Of a stretch of 64,000 bases of DNA, positions 10,018 to 20,898 are shown piece by piece. Numbering within the stretch: the stretch's first letter is position 1; each line of letters begins with the position of its first letter. The stretch is from Candidatus Bathyarchaeia archaeon. GTDB lineage: Archaea; Thermoproteota; Bathyarchaeia; Hecatellales; Hecatellaceae. Below the pieces are notes generated by a model, which was given only the letters and a program-made list of their open reading frames with translations, ran no database searches and was not told the origin of the DNA. A program made the translations under genes and the position numbers. The stretch lies in assembly GCA_038883335.1 (NCBI GenBank), contig JAVZMI010000001.1, positions 51,696 to 115,695 on the forward strand. The letters run 5' to 3'.

Positions 10018-10647
10018 TCACTCTACCTTTATCGAGACGCCTTTAGGCTTCTTCTCCTCGACCTTAGGTAGAGTTACCTCGAGGACGCCATTGATATAGG
10101 TCGACTTCGCAGACTTCACATCAACTTTAACCGGTAGATCTACCTCTTTGTAATATTTACGCCCAGGTGTATCTACAGAGATGATTAGTTTGTCTTCCAA
10201 GCCGCTCAAATTTATGTCCTGCTTATTGACCCCAGGCAACTCGGCTATTACCTTGATCTCTCCATTTGTAGGCATAACATCTACCAATGGTTCTCTTGCA
10301 TCCTTGATATCTAGGGAGGGTCTTATACCTCCAGTTCTAGTGGCTCTAGCTATCGGCTTAATATTTCCAAACTCTCTTATCTGCGGTTTGCCGTCAGGGC
10401 CCACGGTCATTGAATATCCATACACAAACGGGCCAAAAATTCGCTCAACGCTACCGTCGGGAAGTTTCCGCTCCCTAATGAAGTCCTGAGGTATCGCTTC
10501 ACCGAGTTCCTTGAATATCTCCTCCATTCTCCGCTCCATCTCCTTGAACATCTCATCCACATCTTTAGAGAAGAAGGGTAAGCCGAATATACCCCAGTCA
10601 AAAAAAGGCCGCCGCTTACGTTTCTCGAACCATTCATCCCAAGACAT
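10018..10647 (-). CDS. Small heat-shock protein, Hsp20/alpha-crystallin family
   Basis: 209 aa. The C-terminal alpha-crystallin domain reads IKVIAELPGVNKQDINLSGLEDKLIISV...YINGVLEVTLPK. Confidence 0.85.
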   Translation of the reverse strand: MSWDEWFEKRKRRPFFDWGIFGLPFFSKDVDEMFKEMERRMEEIFKELGEAIPQDFIRERKLPDGSVERIFGPFVYGYSMTVGPDGKPQIREFGNIKPIARATRTGGIRPSLDIKDAREPLVDVMPTNGEIKVIAELPGVNKQDINLSGLEDKLIISVDTPGRKYYKEVDLPVKVDVKSAKSTYINGVLEVTLPKVEEKKPKGVSIKVE

Positions 10648-10866
10648 ACAACAACCCTACTAAATTAAGAACACATACTATTAAATCCCTTTCGGTTTTA
10701 TGTTACCAAAAGAATTTTTTGGTATTAAGTTCCAAGTTAAGGGGGCAATGGATGGAATTATGACTGATACTAAAAATTTTAGGGTTTAGCATGCCGATGT
10801 GAGCTGTAAATCAGGATAGAAAAAGGATTTACGAAAGTTTCACTCTCTATTATTAGTTGAGAGCGA

Positions 10867-11811
10867 ATGTCGGTTCGTCTAGAGGATTTGATAACGGATC
10901 TTGCAAAGGAGCGTATAGTCGGAAGTGTCAAAGTGACGCTTGCATGCCTCGGAGCTATCGGTGGCTTAAGCCTAAACTCGCCTGCGGCAACACGCGAAGA
11001 TTTCGTGAGAAGCATACTTAATGCTTGCAACCGTTTACGCGAAGTGCGACCAACTCTTTTTCTACTCCAGAATGGGCTCCAATATGTGCTGGATCATCTG
11101 AGGTCAGCTTTTGATAGGGGTGCAGATTTAGAGGAGCTTAAGAAAGTAGTCTCATCTAGCGCTGGAAACTTTTCTAATATGGTGAGAGACTCGGTAGATA
11201 GGATTGGGGTGGTTGGGTCCAGTTACATCTCCGATGGGGACACAATCTTAACTCATGGTTGCAGCACAACAGTCTTATCGGTTATAAGTAGGGCACAGCA
11301 GTCCGGTAAGCGTCTGGAAGTTATAACGACTGAGACCCGCCCCGAGTTTCACGGTAGACTCTTCGCGATGGCTGTTGCGGATCTAGGAATCCCGGTTACA
11401 CTTATAATTGATTCCGCCCATCGCCATGTCATGGGTCGAGTGAATAAAGTTCTGTTGGGAGCTACAGCTATCTTACTCGACGGGGCTGTTCTCGGCAGGA
11501 TAGGTACAGCGACGGTAGCTCACTCTGCCCGTGAGGCAGGCGTCAGTGTTTATGTCATGGCGAGTTTATGCAAAATATGCCCCGATGTGAAAATCGTCGA
11601 TAATATTCGTTTCGAAGAGCGGGAAACAGCTTCCATCCTGCCTCCAGAAGAGGCGCGGAGTCTGGGAATTAAAATTCTGAATCCAGTTTACGACTTGACG
11701 CCGCCGCAAGATGTCAGCTTACTCGTCACGGAAGATGGAGCCATACCGCCCTCAGCGGTCAGCTCTCTCGTGGAGAAAGTTCACACTCTGCTTCAACGCC
11801 CTCACGCGTAG
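10867..11811 (+). CDS. eIF-2B alpha/beta/delta family protein (aIF-2B subunit or ribose-1,5-bisphosphate isomerase)
   Basis: 314 aa with the family core ...GDTILTHGCS...LLGATAILLDGAVLGRIGTATVAHSAREAGVSVYVMASLCK. Sequence alone cannot resolve whether it is an initiation-factor subunit or the isomerase. Confidence 0.75.
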   Translation: MSVRLEDLITDLAKERIVGSVKVTLACLGAIGGLSLNSPAATREDFVRSILNACNRLREVRPTLFLLQNGLQYVLDHLRSAFDRGADLEELKKVVSSSAGNFSNMVRDSVDRIGVVGSSYISDGDTILTHGCSTTVLSVISRAQQSGKRLEVITTETRPEFHGRLFAMAVADLGIPVTLIIDSAHRHVMGRVNKVLLGATAILLDGAVLGRIGTATVAHSAREAGVSVYVMASLCKICPDVKIVDNIRFEERETASILPPEEARSLGIKILNPVYDLTPPQDVSLLVTEDGAIPPSAVSSLVEKVHTLLQRPHA

Positions 11812-11830
11812 ATGAAGGTGGCGCTCGTTA

Positions 11831-12379
11831 ATGATCGTCAGGAGGCTATCTCTCACCGAACTTTCTAAACTCCATATAGCAGCTGGCTTCAGCAGATGGG
11901 TGTCAACCGACGACGCGAAAGGTAAGATTGAACTTAAGCGGAAGCTTAAGAAGTTTATATCAGAGAAGAAAGATGTTTGGTGTGCAGTCGACAATGGTTA
12001 CCTTATAGGATACGGGATTGTCGATGACCTCGCGGAGCTGCCTGGGGGAAAAACCTTGGAGACTCTGGAGGTGGCTCAGAACTACAGGCGTAGAGGTATT
12101 GGGTCAATTATTTTAAATAGAATCCTCGGCGAGTATGGTGAGGCTCTTATGGCTGTGGTTCCTTTCCCAGAGTTTGGCTATGAAAAGGAGTTGGAGGAGT
12201 TCTATAGACGGCACGGCTTTAAAAAATTCTCTGAGGACTTGATGTTCCGATTTCCAAGCGACGCTGAGAAACTTAGAAAGTGGATAACATACTTGGACGA
12301 GTTACTTGATACCTACAAGACTTTGCGAAAGAAGATGGCTAGCGAGTTACCCTCGAGCATAAAGTTCAATCCACAATGA
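11831..12379 (+). CDS. GNAT-family N-acetyltransferase-like protein
   Basis: 182 aa. The acetyl-CoA-binding motif reads QNYRRRGIGSIILNRIL, followed by FYRRHGFK. Confidence 0.5.
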   Translation: MIVRRLSLTELSKLHIAAGFSRWVSTDDAKGKIELKRKLKKFISEKKDVWCAVDNGYLIGYGIVDDLAELPGGKTLETLEVAQNYRRRGIGSIILNRILGEYGEALMAVVPFPEFGYEKELEEFYRRHGFKKFSEDLMFRFPSDAEKLRKWITYLDELLDTYKTLRKKMASELPSSIKFNPQ

Positions 12380-12608
12380 TAATACGTGTGGTGCGGCATT
12401 TATACATCAATTAAATGCACGCTGAACTCTAGTTTTTTGAATCAAGGTCTCAGGGATTTGGCCATCAGCAACATGTTAAGGTAATGTTTTTAGAGACGAA
12501 CTGTAGGGTTAGAAATGTGATGGATAGCTAGAATTTTCACTCTCACTAGTCTCAGATAGTTACGTTTAGCAGTTTCACTACCTTTATAATCACTTTTAAG
12601 ATTATACG

Positions 12609-13721
12609 TTGGGGTTCGCTTTGAATGGAGAGATTCATTTGAAAGTCCGAGCTGTCTTGAATAGCTTTAAGCCATATGAGTGGGAGCCCACCGCTGAAGC
12701 GATCTCGGCAGAGTTCGGCATCGAAGCCGAAAGGGTACTAAGATTCGACACCAATACCCTTCCCTTCATTCCCTCAAAAGTTCTTTCGGAGTTGAGTAAT
12801 GTGCTAAGTAACCTCAAAGTGAACGAGTATCCAGATACATCATACGCATCACTACGCGAATCTATATCGAAGTATACCAGTGCCAGTATAGATCAGATCT
12901 CGGTCACCAACGGTGCAGATGAGGCTCTCGATATTATAGTTAAAACCTTCGTAGACGCTGGATCCATCGTAGTGACCTCTGAGCCGACGTATTCCATGTA
13001 CCGCGTAACAGCAGAGATAATGGGTGGGAAAGTTATCCAAGTTCCTAGGAACAGAGATTTTTCAGACGACGTAGACTCAGTCATAAGAACCGCAAAGGAG
13101 GCGAGATCTATTTTTCTCTGTAGCCCTAACAACCCAACTGGCAACTCTACTAGGAGGGAAGACGTTACGCGATTATTAAGGGAGGTGGATTTACCTGTTG
13201 TAGTTGATGAATCCTACTTCGAGTTCTGTGGCAAAACTGTAGCAGACCTCGTGAAGAAGCATGAAAATCTAATCGTAGTTAGGACTCTCTCTAAAGCCTT
13301 CGGCTTGGCTGGTATACGGGTCGGCTATGTACTTGCCAATCTTGAGACTATTAAAGCCCTCAACCGCGTCCGTCCTCCTAACAGTGTCGGTGTTATATCG
13401 GCAATCCTCGCCAAATTTGCCTTGGAGAATGTTAGTTACATGAGGAAAAACGTGGAGTTCATCATCGGTGAGAGGGAGAGGCTGGTGCGTGCTCTCAAAG
13501 AGTTAGATGCACTCCATGTTTACCCCTCCGAGGCGAACTTCATACTAATTAAGTTCAAACACTTATCTGGCTCTGAAGCTCATAAAAAGCTTCTAAGGTT
13601 AGGAATAGTGACACGTGATGTGAGCAGTCTCCCTATGTTGAAGCACTGCATAAGGGTTACTGTGCGGAATCCAGATGAGAATAACAAACTATTGGAGGCG
13701 TTGGGTAAGATCACAAGTTAA
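12609..13721 (+). CDS. hisC: Histidinol-phosphate aminotransferase
   Basis: 370 aa, class-II aminotransferase. The motifs are TNGADEALD, SPNNPTGN and the PLP-lysine region RTLSKAFGLAGIRVGY. The track start is a TTG codon, so the true start is uncertain. Confidence 0.8.
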   Translation: MGFALNGEIHLKVRAVLNSFKPYEWEPTAEAISAEFGIEAERVLRFDTNTLPFIPSKVLSELSNVLSNLKVNEYPDTSYASLRESISKYTSASIDQISVTNGADEALDIIVKTFVDAGSIVVTSEPTYSMYRVTAEIMGGKVIQVPRNRDFSDDVDSVIRTAKEARSIFLCSPNNPTGNSTRREDVTRLLREVDLPVVVDESYFEFCGKTVADLVKKHENLIVVRTLSKAFGLAGIRVGYVLANLETIKALNRVRPPNSVGVISAILAKFALENVSYMRKNVEFIIGERERLVRALKELDALHVYPSEANFILIKFKHLSGSEAHKKLLRLGIVTRDVSSLPMLKHCIRVTVRNPDENNKLLEALGKITS

Positions 13722-13768
13722 CCTCTCCTCGACGGTTAATGAAAATTAGCATTTTGAGGTGTTGATTT

Positions 13769-14035
13769 TTGGGTGAAGAGATAGTTGTGGTGGCACTTGG
13801 ACGCGATAAACCAGGCCTCGTAGCCGGTGTAACATCACTTATAGCTGAGGCTGGAGGTAACATCGAGGATATGGATCAAGTTGTGTTGAGTGGCATATTT
13901 GTTATGTCACTCGTAGTCAAATTCAACGAATCTTCAGCCAAGAAGGCGGAGTTGAAGAAAGAGTTAGTTAGAGAGGGGAAAAAACTCGGGTTGAAGGTCC
14001 AAGTTTATGAGAGAAGAGTTCTCGAGGTCTTATAG
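13769..14035 (+). CDS. Stand-alone ACT-domain protein
   Basis: 88 aa. The ACT fold reads VVVALGRDKPGLVAGVTSLIAEAGGNIEDMDQ. It overlaps the start of the next ACT-serB gene. Confidence 0.6.
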   Translation: MGEEIVVVALGRDKPGLVAGVTSLIAEAGGNIEDMDQVVLSGIFVMSLVVKFNESSAKKAELKKELVREGKKLGLKVQVYERRVLEVL

Positions 14036-14965
14036 ATGAAAAACTTGGTGGTTACCACCATAGGGAAGGATCGACCGGGCATAGTAGCAGGTTTCTCTAC
14101 ACTTCTAGCAAATTGTAGTGCTAACATCCTCAAGACCAGAGCCTCAGCTCTGGGTGACCTATTCGTGATGGTGATGCTGGTAGACATCTCCCACGCCAAC
14201 ATAACGCTGGCTGAGCTTATCTCTAAACTAAAAGAAAAAGGCGTCGAGTTAGGTTCAGGTGTCGCAGTCGAAGAGCCTGAGGCATTCCAGCGTGAGAGAA
14301 AACTGGTCGCTTTCGATCTCGACGGGACTCTAATCGACACTGAGATCATCAATGAGCTCGCGAAGATCAAAGGGGTTGAGAGAGAAGTCGCAGATATAAC
14401 TCGCAGGGCACTTGAGGGTGAGGTTAACTTTAGGGAGGCACTCGTGCAGAGGGTGAGGCTTCTCAAGGGTTTAAGAATGAAAGATTTGGAGGTGCTGAGG
14501 AAGGCGATTAAGGTTCTTCCAGGCGCGCAAGATCTTATAAGAGAACTTAAGAAGCTGGGCTTCGCCACTGCCATAATTACTGGAAGCTTCGGCTTCTTCG
14601 CGGAGGATGTTGGGCGCAAGCTAGGTGTAGATTATGTATACTCGAATAAGCTACTTATAGACGGAGGTCGCCTCACAGGTGAGTTCACAGGTGAAATTGT
14701 AGACGCTGAGTCTAAGTTAAGAGTGCTCAGAGAGATTGCCGCAAAGGAGAAGATCAGTCTTGACGAGTGCGTAGCAGTCGGCGATGGCGCTAACGATCTA
14801 TTGATTATAAAGAACTCAGGATTGGGAGTAGGGGTAAACCCGAAGAGGTTAGTGAAAGAGGAAGCCGATGCAATAATCGACGTGAAAAGCCTCACAGCCC
14901 TCCCTGCAATTATCGGGTTTGGGCCCGTGAAGAATGATGTGATTCGTAGGCTCAAATGTAGGTAG
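14036..14965 (+). CDS. serB: Phosphoserine phosphatase (HAD family) with an N-terminal ACT domain
   Basis: 309 aa. The N-terminal ACT domain reads VVTTIGKDRPGIVAGFSTLLA. The HAD motifs are DLDGTL, ...TGSFGFF and GDGANDL. Confidence 0.8.
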   Translation: MKNLVVTTIGKDRPGIVAGFSTLLANCSANILKTRASALGDLFVMVMLVDISHANITLAELISKLKEKGVELGSGVAVEEPEAFQRERKLVAFDLDGTLIDTEIINELAKIKGVEREVADITRRALEGEVNFREALVQRVRLLKGLRMKDLEVLRKAIKVLPGAQDLIRELKKLGFATAIITGSFGFFAEDVGRKLGVDYVYSNKLLIDGGRLTGEFTGEIVDAESKLRVLREIAAKEKISLDECVAVGDGANDLLIIKNSGLGVGVNPKRLVKEEADAIIDVKSLTALPAIIGFGPVKNDVIRRLKCR

Positions 14966-15215
14966 ACAGGTTAAATTTTTCAGCCCCACAAAACCCTTAA
15001 ATAAAAAAGAAGACATCTTTTCAGCGACCAATTACTGGGGCGCGTCGTCATCTGGACTGGAATTAGCCTCCCCCGACAGGCATCGACATGACGCCTGCTA
15101 TATTCGCGTACAGAACACATACTCTCCAATATTCACTTCATTCTTGAATCTTGTTCTACAAAGAGAAACTTTGCCGCGATTGGTTTCGAAACGGCTTATC
15201 TGAGGTTATGTAAAG

Positions 15216-16004
15216 GTGGGCTTCTTAGATCGAGTGATTGAATATACGCGACTGAGGGTTGAGGTCGAATGCGGTAGCTACACTCAGGCTACTTCTAAGT
15301 CTAGTACACCTAAGCACAGCCTCGTAGCAGCTATCAGCGATAGTTCGTTTGCTCCCTTAATCGGTGAAGTGAAGCCCGCTTCTCCTTCAGCAGGCTGGGT
15401 TTGTATGGGTATTGATGCTGGTGAGATCGCACTTAAGATGGTCCAGGCTGGTGCTGTGGGGGTGAGTGTCTTGACCGAGCCTGTATTCTTTCATGGGAGT
15501 ATTGAGAACCTTATTAAGGTTAGAGAGATGGTTGAAGTACCCGTCTTGATGAAAGACTTCATAATCGACGAGAGGCAGATTCTCAGAGCTTCCCAGCTTG
15601 GTGCAGACTCCATCCTTCTAATCCCTGAGATCTGCCCTGACATCTCAAAGCTCTATAAGCTAGCCCTCACTCTGGGTGTCGAGCCGTTACTCGAAGTACA
15701 CTGCGAGGAAGATCTAGATCGAATTGCTCCTCTCAATCCGCGACTGGTGGGGGTAAATAACCGCAACCTAGACACCCTAAAGGTTGATTTAAAAAAGACT
15801 CAAAGGCTTGCGCCTCTGATTCGGCGGCGTTGTCCGGAAGCCCTAGTGGTTTCTGAGAGCGGCGTGGAGACAGCTGATGATGTCAGATTCTTGTTAAGCT
15901 GCGGCGCTGACGCTGTCCTCGTTGGATCTTCACTTATGAGAGCGAAGGATGTAGTAGCTAAAGTTGAGGAGCTGGTAGGTGCCCTTAAGCTTGGTAAAGG
16001 TTAA
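15216..16004 (+). CDS. trpC: Indole-3-glycerol-phosphate synthase
   Basis: 262 aa with IGEVKPASPSAG, LTEPVFFHGS and the PVLMKDFIIDERQI motif. Confidence 0.85.
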   Translation: MGFLDRVIEYTRLRVEVECGSYTQATSKSSTPKHSLVAAISDSSFAPLIGEVKPASPSAGWVCMGIDAGEIALKMVQAGAVGVSVLTEPVFFHGSIENLIKVREMVEVPVLMKDFIIDERQILRASQLGADSILLIPEICPDISKLYKLALTLGVEPLLEVHCEEDLDRIAPLNPRLVGVNNRNLDTLKVDLKKTQRLAPLIRRRCPEALVVSESGVETADDVRFLLSCGADAVLVGSSLMRAKDVVAKVEELVGALKLGKG

Positions 16005-16668
16005 GATCTGTGGAATACGTGACCTCGCAATTCTGAGGGCGGCTGTGGGTTACGGAGCTGACGCCGTAGGGTTTGTAGTTAAATCGCCAAGCTCTCCTCG
16101 GAATATCAGCCTTGAGGTGGCTAAGGATCTCATCTCGGCAGCCCCTCCACTCATATACACCGTGGCTGTAACAGCCTCAACGTCTGTAGATGAGATCCTT
16201 GAAGCTGTGGAGAGGTTACGCCCCGACGCGGTTCAACTTCACAGCAGGATAGGTCTCGACGCTATCTCTGAGATCTCTGGGAGGCTGAGGGGTGGTGTTA
16301 AGCTTATCGGTGCTTTAGCGGTTGACGTTAACTCCAGGTATAGTGAGGTGATGGTTCGAGATCTGACATTAGAGGCGAAGGGGTTGGCGGGCTTAGTTGA
16401 CGCATTAATCGTCGACTCGGCGATAGGTGGCTTTATGGGTGGTACAGGGGTTAGGGGGAACTTTGAGGTCGCTAGGCGTATCCGCGACGCGGTGGCACCT
16501 TCGCCCCTCATTCTCGCAGGAGGATTAACCTCAGAGAACGTTGAGGAGGCTATCTCGGTGGTTGAGCCTTATGCAGTGGATGTCTCTTCAGGGGTTGAAT
16601 CTTCTCCTGGGGTGAAGGATCTTTCCAAAGTTAAGTTGTTCATCGAGAAGGTTAGGAGGCTGAATTGA
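15979..16668 (+). CDS. trpF: Phosphoribosylanthranilate isomerase
   Basis: 229 aa beginning VKICGIRDLAILRAAVGYGADAVGFVV. It overlaps the trpC stop. Confidence 0.8.
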   Translation: MPLSLVKVKICGIRDLAILRAAVGYGADAVGFVVKSPSSPRNISLEVAKDLISAAPPLIYTVAVTASTSVDEILEAVERLRPDAVQLHSRIGLDAISEISGRLRGGVKLIGALAVDVNSRYSEVMVRDLTLEAKGLAGLVDALIVDSAIGGFMGGTGVRGNFEVARRIRDAVAPSPLILAGGLTSENVEEAISVVEPYAVDVSSGVESSPGVKDLSKVKLFIEKVRRLN

Positions 16669-17874
16669 TTGAGCTGTGACGGTTCCAGCTACTATGGAAG
16701 GCACCCAGACGCTAATGGCAAGTTTGGTATTTATGGGGGAAGGTTTGTCCCAGAGGTTTTGATGTCAGCCCTCGAAGAGTTGGAAGAGGCATTCCATAAG
16801 TTCCAGCGTGATAAAGAGTCCCAGAAAGCTCTCGACCTATACCTAAGAGATTACGCTGGGAGACCCACACCTCTCTATTATGCGGCACGCTTCAGCGAGA
16901 GGGTCGGGTGCAAAGTCTACCTGAAGAGGGAGGATCTTGTCCACGGAGGTGCTCATAAGCTGAACAACACCCTAGGCCAAGGTCTCTTGGCTCTTAGGAT
17001 GGGTAAACGGCGCTTAATAGCTGAGACTGGGGCTGGGCAACATGGGCTTGCCACTGCGACGGCGGGGGCTGTCTTCGGGTTGAAGACTGAGATCTATATG
17101 GGGGAGGAGGATGTTGAGAGGCAGAGACATAACGTCTATCGGATGGAGCTTCTAGGCGCCGAGGTTCACTCTGTAAGGTCAGGTAGCAGAACTCTAAAAG
17201 ACGCCATAAATGAGGCACTAAGGGACTGGATTGCCAATGTTAGGCATACTTACTATGTTTTGGGATCTGTAGTGGGCCCCCACCCATACCCCCTCATAGT
17301 GAGGGAGTTCCAGCGGGTGATCGGTAAAGAACTCAAAGCCCAGATCCTAGAGAAGGAGGGACGTCTTCCAGACGCTATCGTAGCGTGTATTGGAGGTGGG
17401 AGCAACGCCCTAGGAGCCTTCTACGAGTTCATTGATGACGGAGGCGTCAGGCTGGTTGGGGTTGAGGCTGGGGGGAGGGGTCTCGACACTGGCAAGCATT
17501 CAGCCCCCCTCGCAGCTGGGAAGCCTGGCATACTCCACGGCGCATACACATACATCCTCCAAGATCAATACGGTCAAATTCAGACCTCCTACAGCGTCAG
17601 CGCTGGGCTTGACTATCCAGGTGTAGGCCCGGAACACGCCTACTTAATGGATGCAGGTCGAATTGAGGTTGCAACAGCAACAGACATGGAGGCTGTGGAA
17701 GCCTTCCGCCTACTCTGCCATTTGGAGGGGATAATCCCAGCCTTGGAGCCCTGCCACGCTCTTGCTCATGTTGTTAAGATGGGGGGAACCCTTGGCAAGG
17801 ATGGAGTGGTCGTCGTCAACTTATCGGGGAGGGGTGACAAGGACGTCGAGGTAGTTCGGAGGTTTGGGGGCTGA
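16669..17874 (+). CDS. trpB: Tryptophan synthase beta chain
   Basis: 401 aa with [37 protein letters not shown] (PLP lysine) and GGGSNALG. Confidence 0.9.
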   Translation: MSCDGSSYYGRHPDANGKFGIYGGRFVPEVLMSALEELEEAFHKFQRDKESQKALDLYLRDYAGRPTPLYYAARFSERVGCKVYLKREDLVHGGAHKLNNTLGQGLLALRMGKRRLIAETGAGQHGLATATAGAVFGLKTEIYMGEEDVERQRHNVYRMELLGAEVHSVRSGSRTLKDAINEALRDWIANVRHTYYVLGSVVGPHPYPLIVREFQRVIGKELKAQILEKEGRLPDAIVACIGGGSNALGAFYEFIDDGGVRLVGVEAGGRGLDTGKHSAPLAAGKPGILHGAYTYILQDQYGQIQTSYSVSAGLDYPGVGPEHAYLMDAGRIEVATATDMEAVEAFRLLCHLEGIIPALEPCHALAHVVKMGGTLGKDGVVVVNLSGRGDKDVEVVRRFGG

Positions 17875-18700
17875 GCCAGTGGGCGAGATAGCTGAGAAGT
17901 TCGGAGAACTACGGTCCAAGAGTGAGGGTGCACTCATATCCTATATTACGCTGGGGGATCCGACGGTTGAAGCCTCTCTAAAACTGGTGAAGATACTGAA
18001 TAAAAGCGGCGCTGACATAATTGAGCTGGGGTTCCCTTATTCAGACCCTCTAGCTGACGGCCCGACTATACAGGCAAGCCACCAGAGAGCTCTCTCGAAT
18101 GGTGTGAATACAGATGTTGCTTTTCGTCTAGTCGAGAAGGCACGGGGCATCACCACTAACCCGTTGGTTCTGCTAATCTACTATAATCTCGTCTTCCAGA
18201 GGGGTGTTGAGCGTTTCTTTAGAGAAGCAGCTGAGGCGAGGGTCGGCGGCATCATAATTCCCGATCTGCCAGTGGAGGAGTGTGGTGAGGCGCTCGAGGC
18301 TTCACGGAGGCATGGTGTCGACTTGATTCAGTTAGTCGCCCCTACAACTGGCGAGTTAAGGTTGCAGAAGATCCTCAAAGCTTCAAGCGGCTTCATCTAT
18401 TTGGTGGCAATACTGGGGGTGACTGGCGCCAGAGAAATTCTCTCAAATCTCACAATGGAAACCGTGAAGAGAATAACAAGGTATACGTGTGGAAAAATAC
18501 CCGTGGCTGTAGGCTTCGGTATATCTCGTCCATCCCATGTGAGGGATGTACTCGCAGCTGGCGCTGACGGTGTAATCGTGGGTTCAGTCATAATCGACCG
18601 TTACGCTACATCGCTGAATAACCTAGAGGCAGGTTTCTTGGCGGTGGGGGAGCTTGTTAGAGAGCTGAAGTCTGCGACTTACCGCCAAAATTGGGAGTAG
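17864..18700 (+). CDS. trpA: Tryptophan synthase alpha chain
   Basis: 278 aa, TIM barrel, with [15 protein letters not shown] and VGFGIS. Confidence 0.85.
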   Translation: MGAEPVGEIAEKFGELRSKSEGALISYITLGDPTVEASLKLVKILNKSGADIIELGFPYSDPLADGPTIQASHQRALSNGVNTDVAFRLVEKARGITTNPLVLLIYYNLVFQRGVERFFREAAEARVGGIIIPDLPVEECGEALEASRRHGVDLIQLVAPTTGELRLQKILKASSGFIYLVAILGVTGAREILSNLTMETVKRITRYTCGKIPVAVGFGISRPSHVRDVLAAGADGVIVGSVIIDRYATSLNNLEAGFLAVGELVRELKSATYRQNWE

Positions 18701-20185
18701 GTGGACTATAACTTGGTGGATCAGAGGGTAGAGTTTTTGGGGCGAAACTTCGAGGTTTTCAGCTTATTTAAGCATATTATAGACAGGTGTCCGTCAAATT
18801 ATTCCTTCCTCCTAGAATCCATCGGTGACGAGGACAAGCCTCTTTACTCCTTCATCTGCCTTGAACCCGACTACCTTCTTAGAGTGAAGGGCGACAGGGT
18901 TGAGGTTGAGGACATCTTTAACGAGAGGGGCGAAGCACTCTTCGCCGAGATGGGCGAGATTGGAAGTCGAACTTTGGTTAGGGCTACGGTTGACGACCGC
19001 GTCGAGAATAGGATTGAAGCTCTCAACATCCTAGCGAAGAGGATACCGCAGGTGAAACTTGCGAGGCCAGATATATTCCCTAGACAGGTTTTTTATGGAG
19101 GGTATCTAGGCTATCTGGCCTATGATATAGTCGCCCCTTGGGTTGGGTTTACGAGCCGAGCTGAGACACCCGACCTTCTGTTGGGGTTGCACTCGAGGGT
19201 CATTGTCTACGACCACAAGCGAGGGGAACTCTTTTACATAGACAATGCCGTGGACGGCAGGTGGGATGACGCCCGAGAGATTCGGGGGGCCCTAAGTTCA
19301 TATAAACGCCATCGTGATGAGACTCAAAGCGCCGTTGGGCTATCTGCCGTGAGCTTCAAGTCGAATACAAGCCGAGACGAATTCTCTGGGATGGTAGAGA
19401 AAGCTAAAGGATACATTTTAGAGGGTGACATCTTTCAGGTTGTTCTCTCTCGGAAGGTTTCTCGCCGAGTTGATGCAAGTGGGCTTGACATTTATGGGCA
19501 ACTCAGAAGGCTCAACCCCTCCCCCTACATGTACTACCTAAACTTCGGGGAACTATGCTTAGTAGGCAGTAGCCCTGAAGCTTTAGTCAGCTTGAATGGG
19601 CAGGAGATAACAACCGTCCCCATAGCTGGAACTAGGAGGCGGGGGAGAAGTTATGAGGATGAAGCAATAATGGAGCGAGAGCTGCTCACCGACCCGAAGG
19701 AGAGGGCTGAACACGTTATGCTCGTCGATTTAGCCAGGAACGATACATCCAAGGTTTCAGAGCCCGGCACAGTTAGGACTGTGGGTTTAATGACTCTTAA
19801 AAAGTATCGGCACGTAATGCATCTCACTACGAGTGTCCAGGGAGTCCTCAGGAGAGGGTTAACCTCAATAGATGTGCTCAAATGTGTCTTTCCCGCGGGA
19901 ACAGTTACCGGTGCACCGAAGCTCAGAGCTATGGAGATAATCGAGGAACTTGAAAAAGAGAGCAGAGGCATTTATGCTGGGGGCGTTGGATACATTGCCT
20001 TCAATTCTGACATGGACTGGGCAATAACTATTCGAACAATAGAGCTCCTAAGGAGAGAGGCGAGTGTTCAGGCTGGCGCCGGGATTGTTGCCGACTCCCA
20101 GCCTAGGCTTGAGTGGATAGAAACTGAGAACAAGATGCAAAGCATGTTGAGAGCCATAACAATGGCTGAGGAGGCAATGTCGTGA
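18701..20185 (+). CDS. trpE: Anthranilate synthase component I
   Basis: 494 aa. The chorismate-binding domain carries NPSPYMYYLNFGE...GSSPE and GTVTGAPKLRAMEIIEELE. Confidence 0.85.
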   Translation: MDYNLVDQRVEFLGRNFEVFSLFKHIIDRCPSNYSFLLESIGDEDKPLYSFICLEPDYLLRVKGDRVEVEDIFNERGEALFAEMGEIGSRTLVRATVDDRVENRIEALNILAKRIPQVKLARPDIFPRQVFYGGYLGYLAYDIVAPWVGFTSRAETPDLLLGLHSRVIVYDHKRGELFYIDNAVDGRWDDAREIRGALSSYKRHRDETQSAVGLSAVSFKSNTSRDEFSGMVEKAKGYILEGDIFQVVLSRKVSRRVDASGLDIYGQLRRLNPSPYMYYLNFGELCLVGSSPEALVSLNGQEITTVPIAGTRRRGRSYEDEAIMERELLTDPKERAEHVMLVDLARNDTSKVSEPGTVRTVGLMTLKKYRHVMHLTTSVQGVLRRGLTSIDVLKCVFPAGTVTGAPKLRAMEIIEELEKESRGIYAGGVGYIAFNSDMDWAITIRTIELLRREASVQAGAGIVADSQPRLEWIETENKMQSMLRAITMAEEAMS

Positions 20186-20748
20186 AGGTTCTGTTCATTA
20201 ACAACAAAGACTCTTTCGTCTATATCCTCGTCGATTACGTCGCTCAGCTGGGATCTGAGGTAATTGTGGTCGACAACTCCACGAGCCCAGGAGAAGTGAA
20301 GAGGATCAAACCTGATAAGATAATTATATCGCCCGGCCCAGGCCACCCCAGTAAGACTACTGGCAGAGTAACAGAGATAATCCGTTCGTATCCTACGGTC
20401 CCGATGCTAGGCGTTTGCTTAGGTCATCAGGCCATTGTAGAAGCATTTGGGGGGAGGGTTGGGCGTGCCCCAGTCGGTCCAATGCATGGAAAAGTCTCAC
20501 TTATATACCATGACGGGAAGACCATCTTCCGGGACCTCGCAAACCCGTTTGAGGCCGCTCGATACCACTCCTTGGCAGCTATCCAAGAAATGCTTCCTGA
20601 GACCCTAGAGGTCTCTGCTAGAGCGGAGGACGGGACAGTTATGGGGGTTAGGCATAGCAAGTATGTTATAGAGGGAGTTCAATTCCACCCTGAGAGCATA
20701 TTGACGAGGGATGGAATAAAGATAATTGCTAACTTCCTAAAACTCTGA
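20182..20748 (+). CDS. trpG: Anthranilate synthase component II (class-I glutamine amidotransferase)
   Basis: 188 aa with the catalytic GVCLGHQ motif and HPES. Confidence 0.85.
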   Translation: MKVLFINNKDSFVYILVDYVAQLGSEVIVVDNSTSPGEVKRIKPDKIIISPGPGHPSKTTGRVTEIIRSYPTVPMLGVCLGHQAIVEAFGGRVGRAPVGPMHGKVSLIYHDGKTIFRDLANPFEAARYHSLAAIQEMLPETLEVSARAEDGTVMGVRHSKYVIEGVQFHPESILTRDGIKIIANFLKL

Positions 20749-20898
20749 AAGTGCGATACGCCATAGCTATGCCCGTGTTGAACATGAACCACCACTAGGC
20801 TGTTAGACTTAGTAACACTATATGCCATATCTCCGTTCTATGAACGGAAACCTCCCCTAAGGAGGGAAGGTGTGTGTTAATTGAAAGGAGGTTAGGAC

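Noticed and set aside
12380-12608. Possible C/D-box sRNA (aaatgtgatgg...tctcagatag) upstream of hisC
   Set aside because: The C-box match is imperfect (GUGAUGG), and no CUGA D-box or terminal pairing was found.
14005-14619. 204-aa minus-strand ORF
   Set aside because: It lies entirely inside the ACT-serB gene, which has clear HAD motifs. It is low-complexity and Ser/Ala-rich, so it is an antisense shadow.
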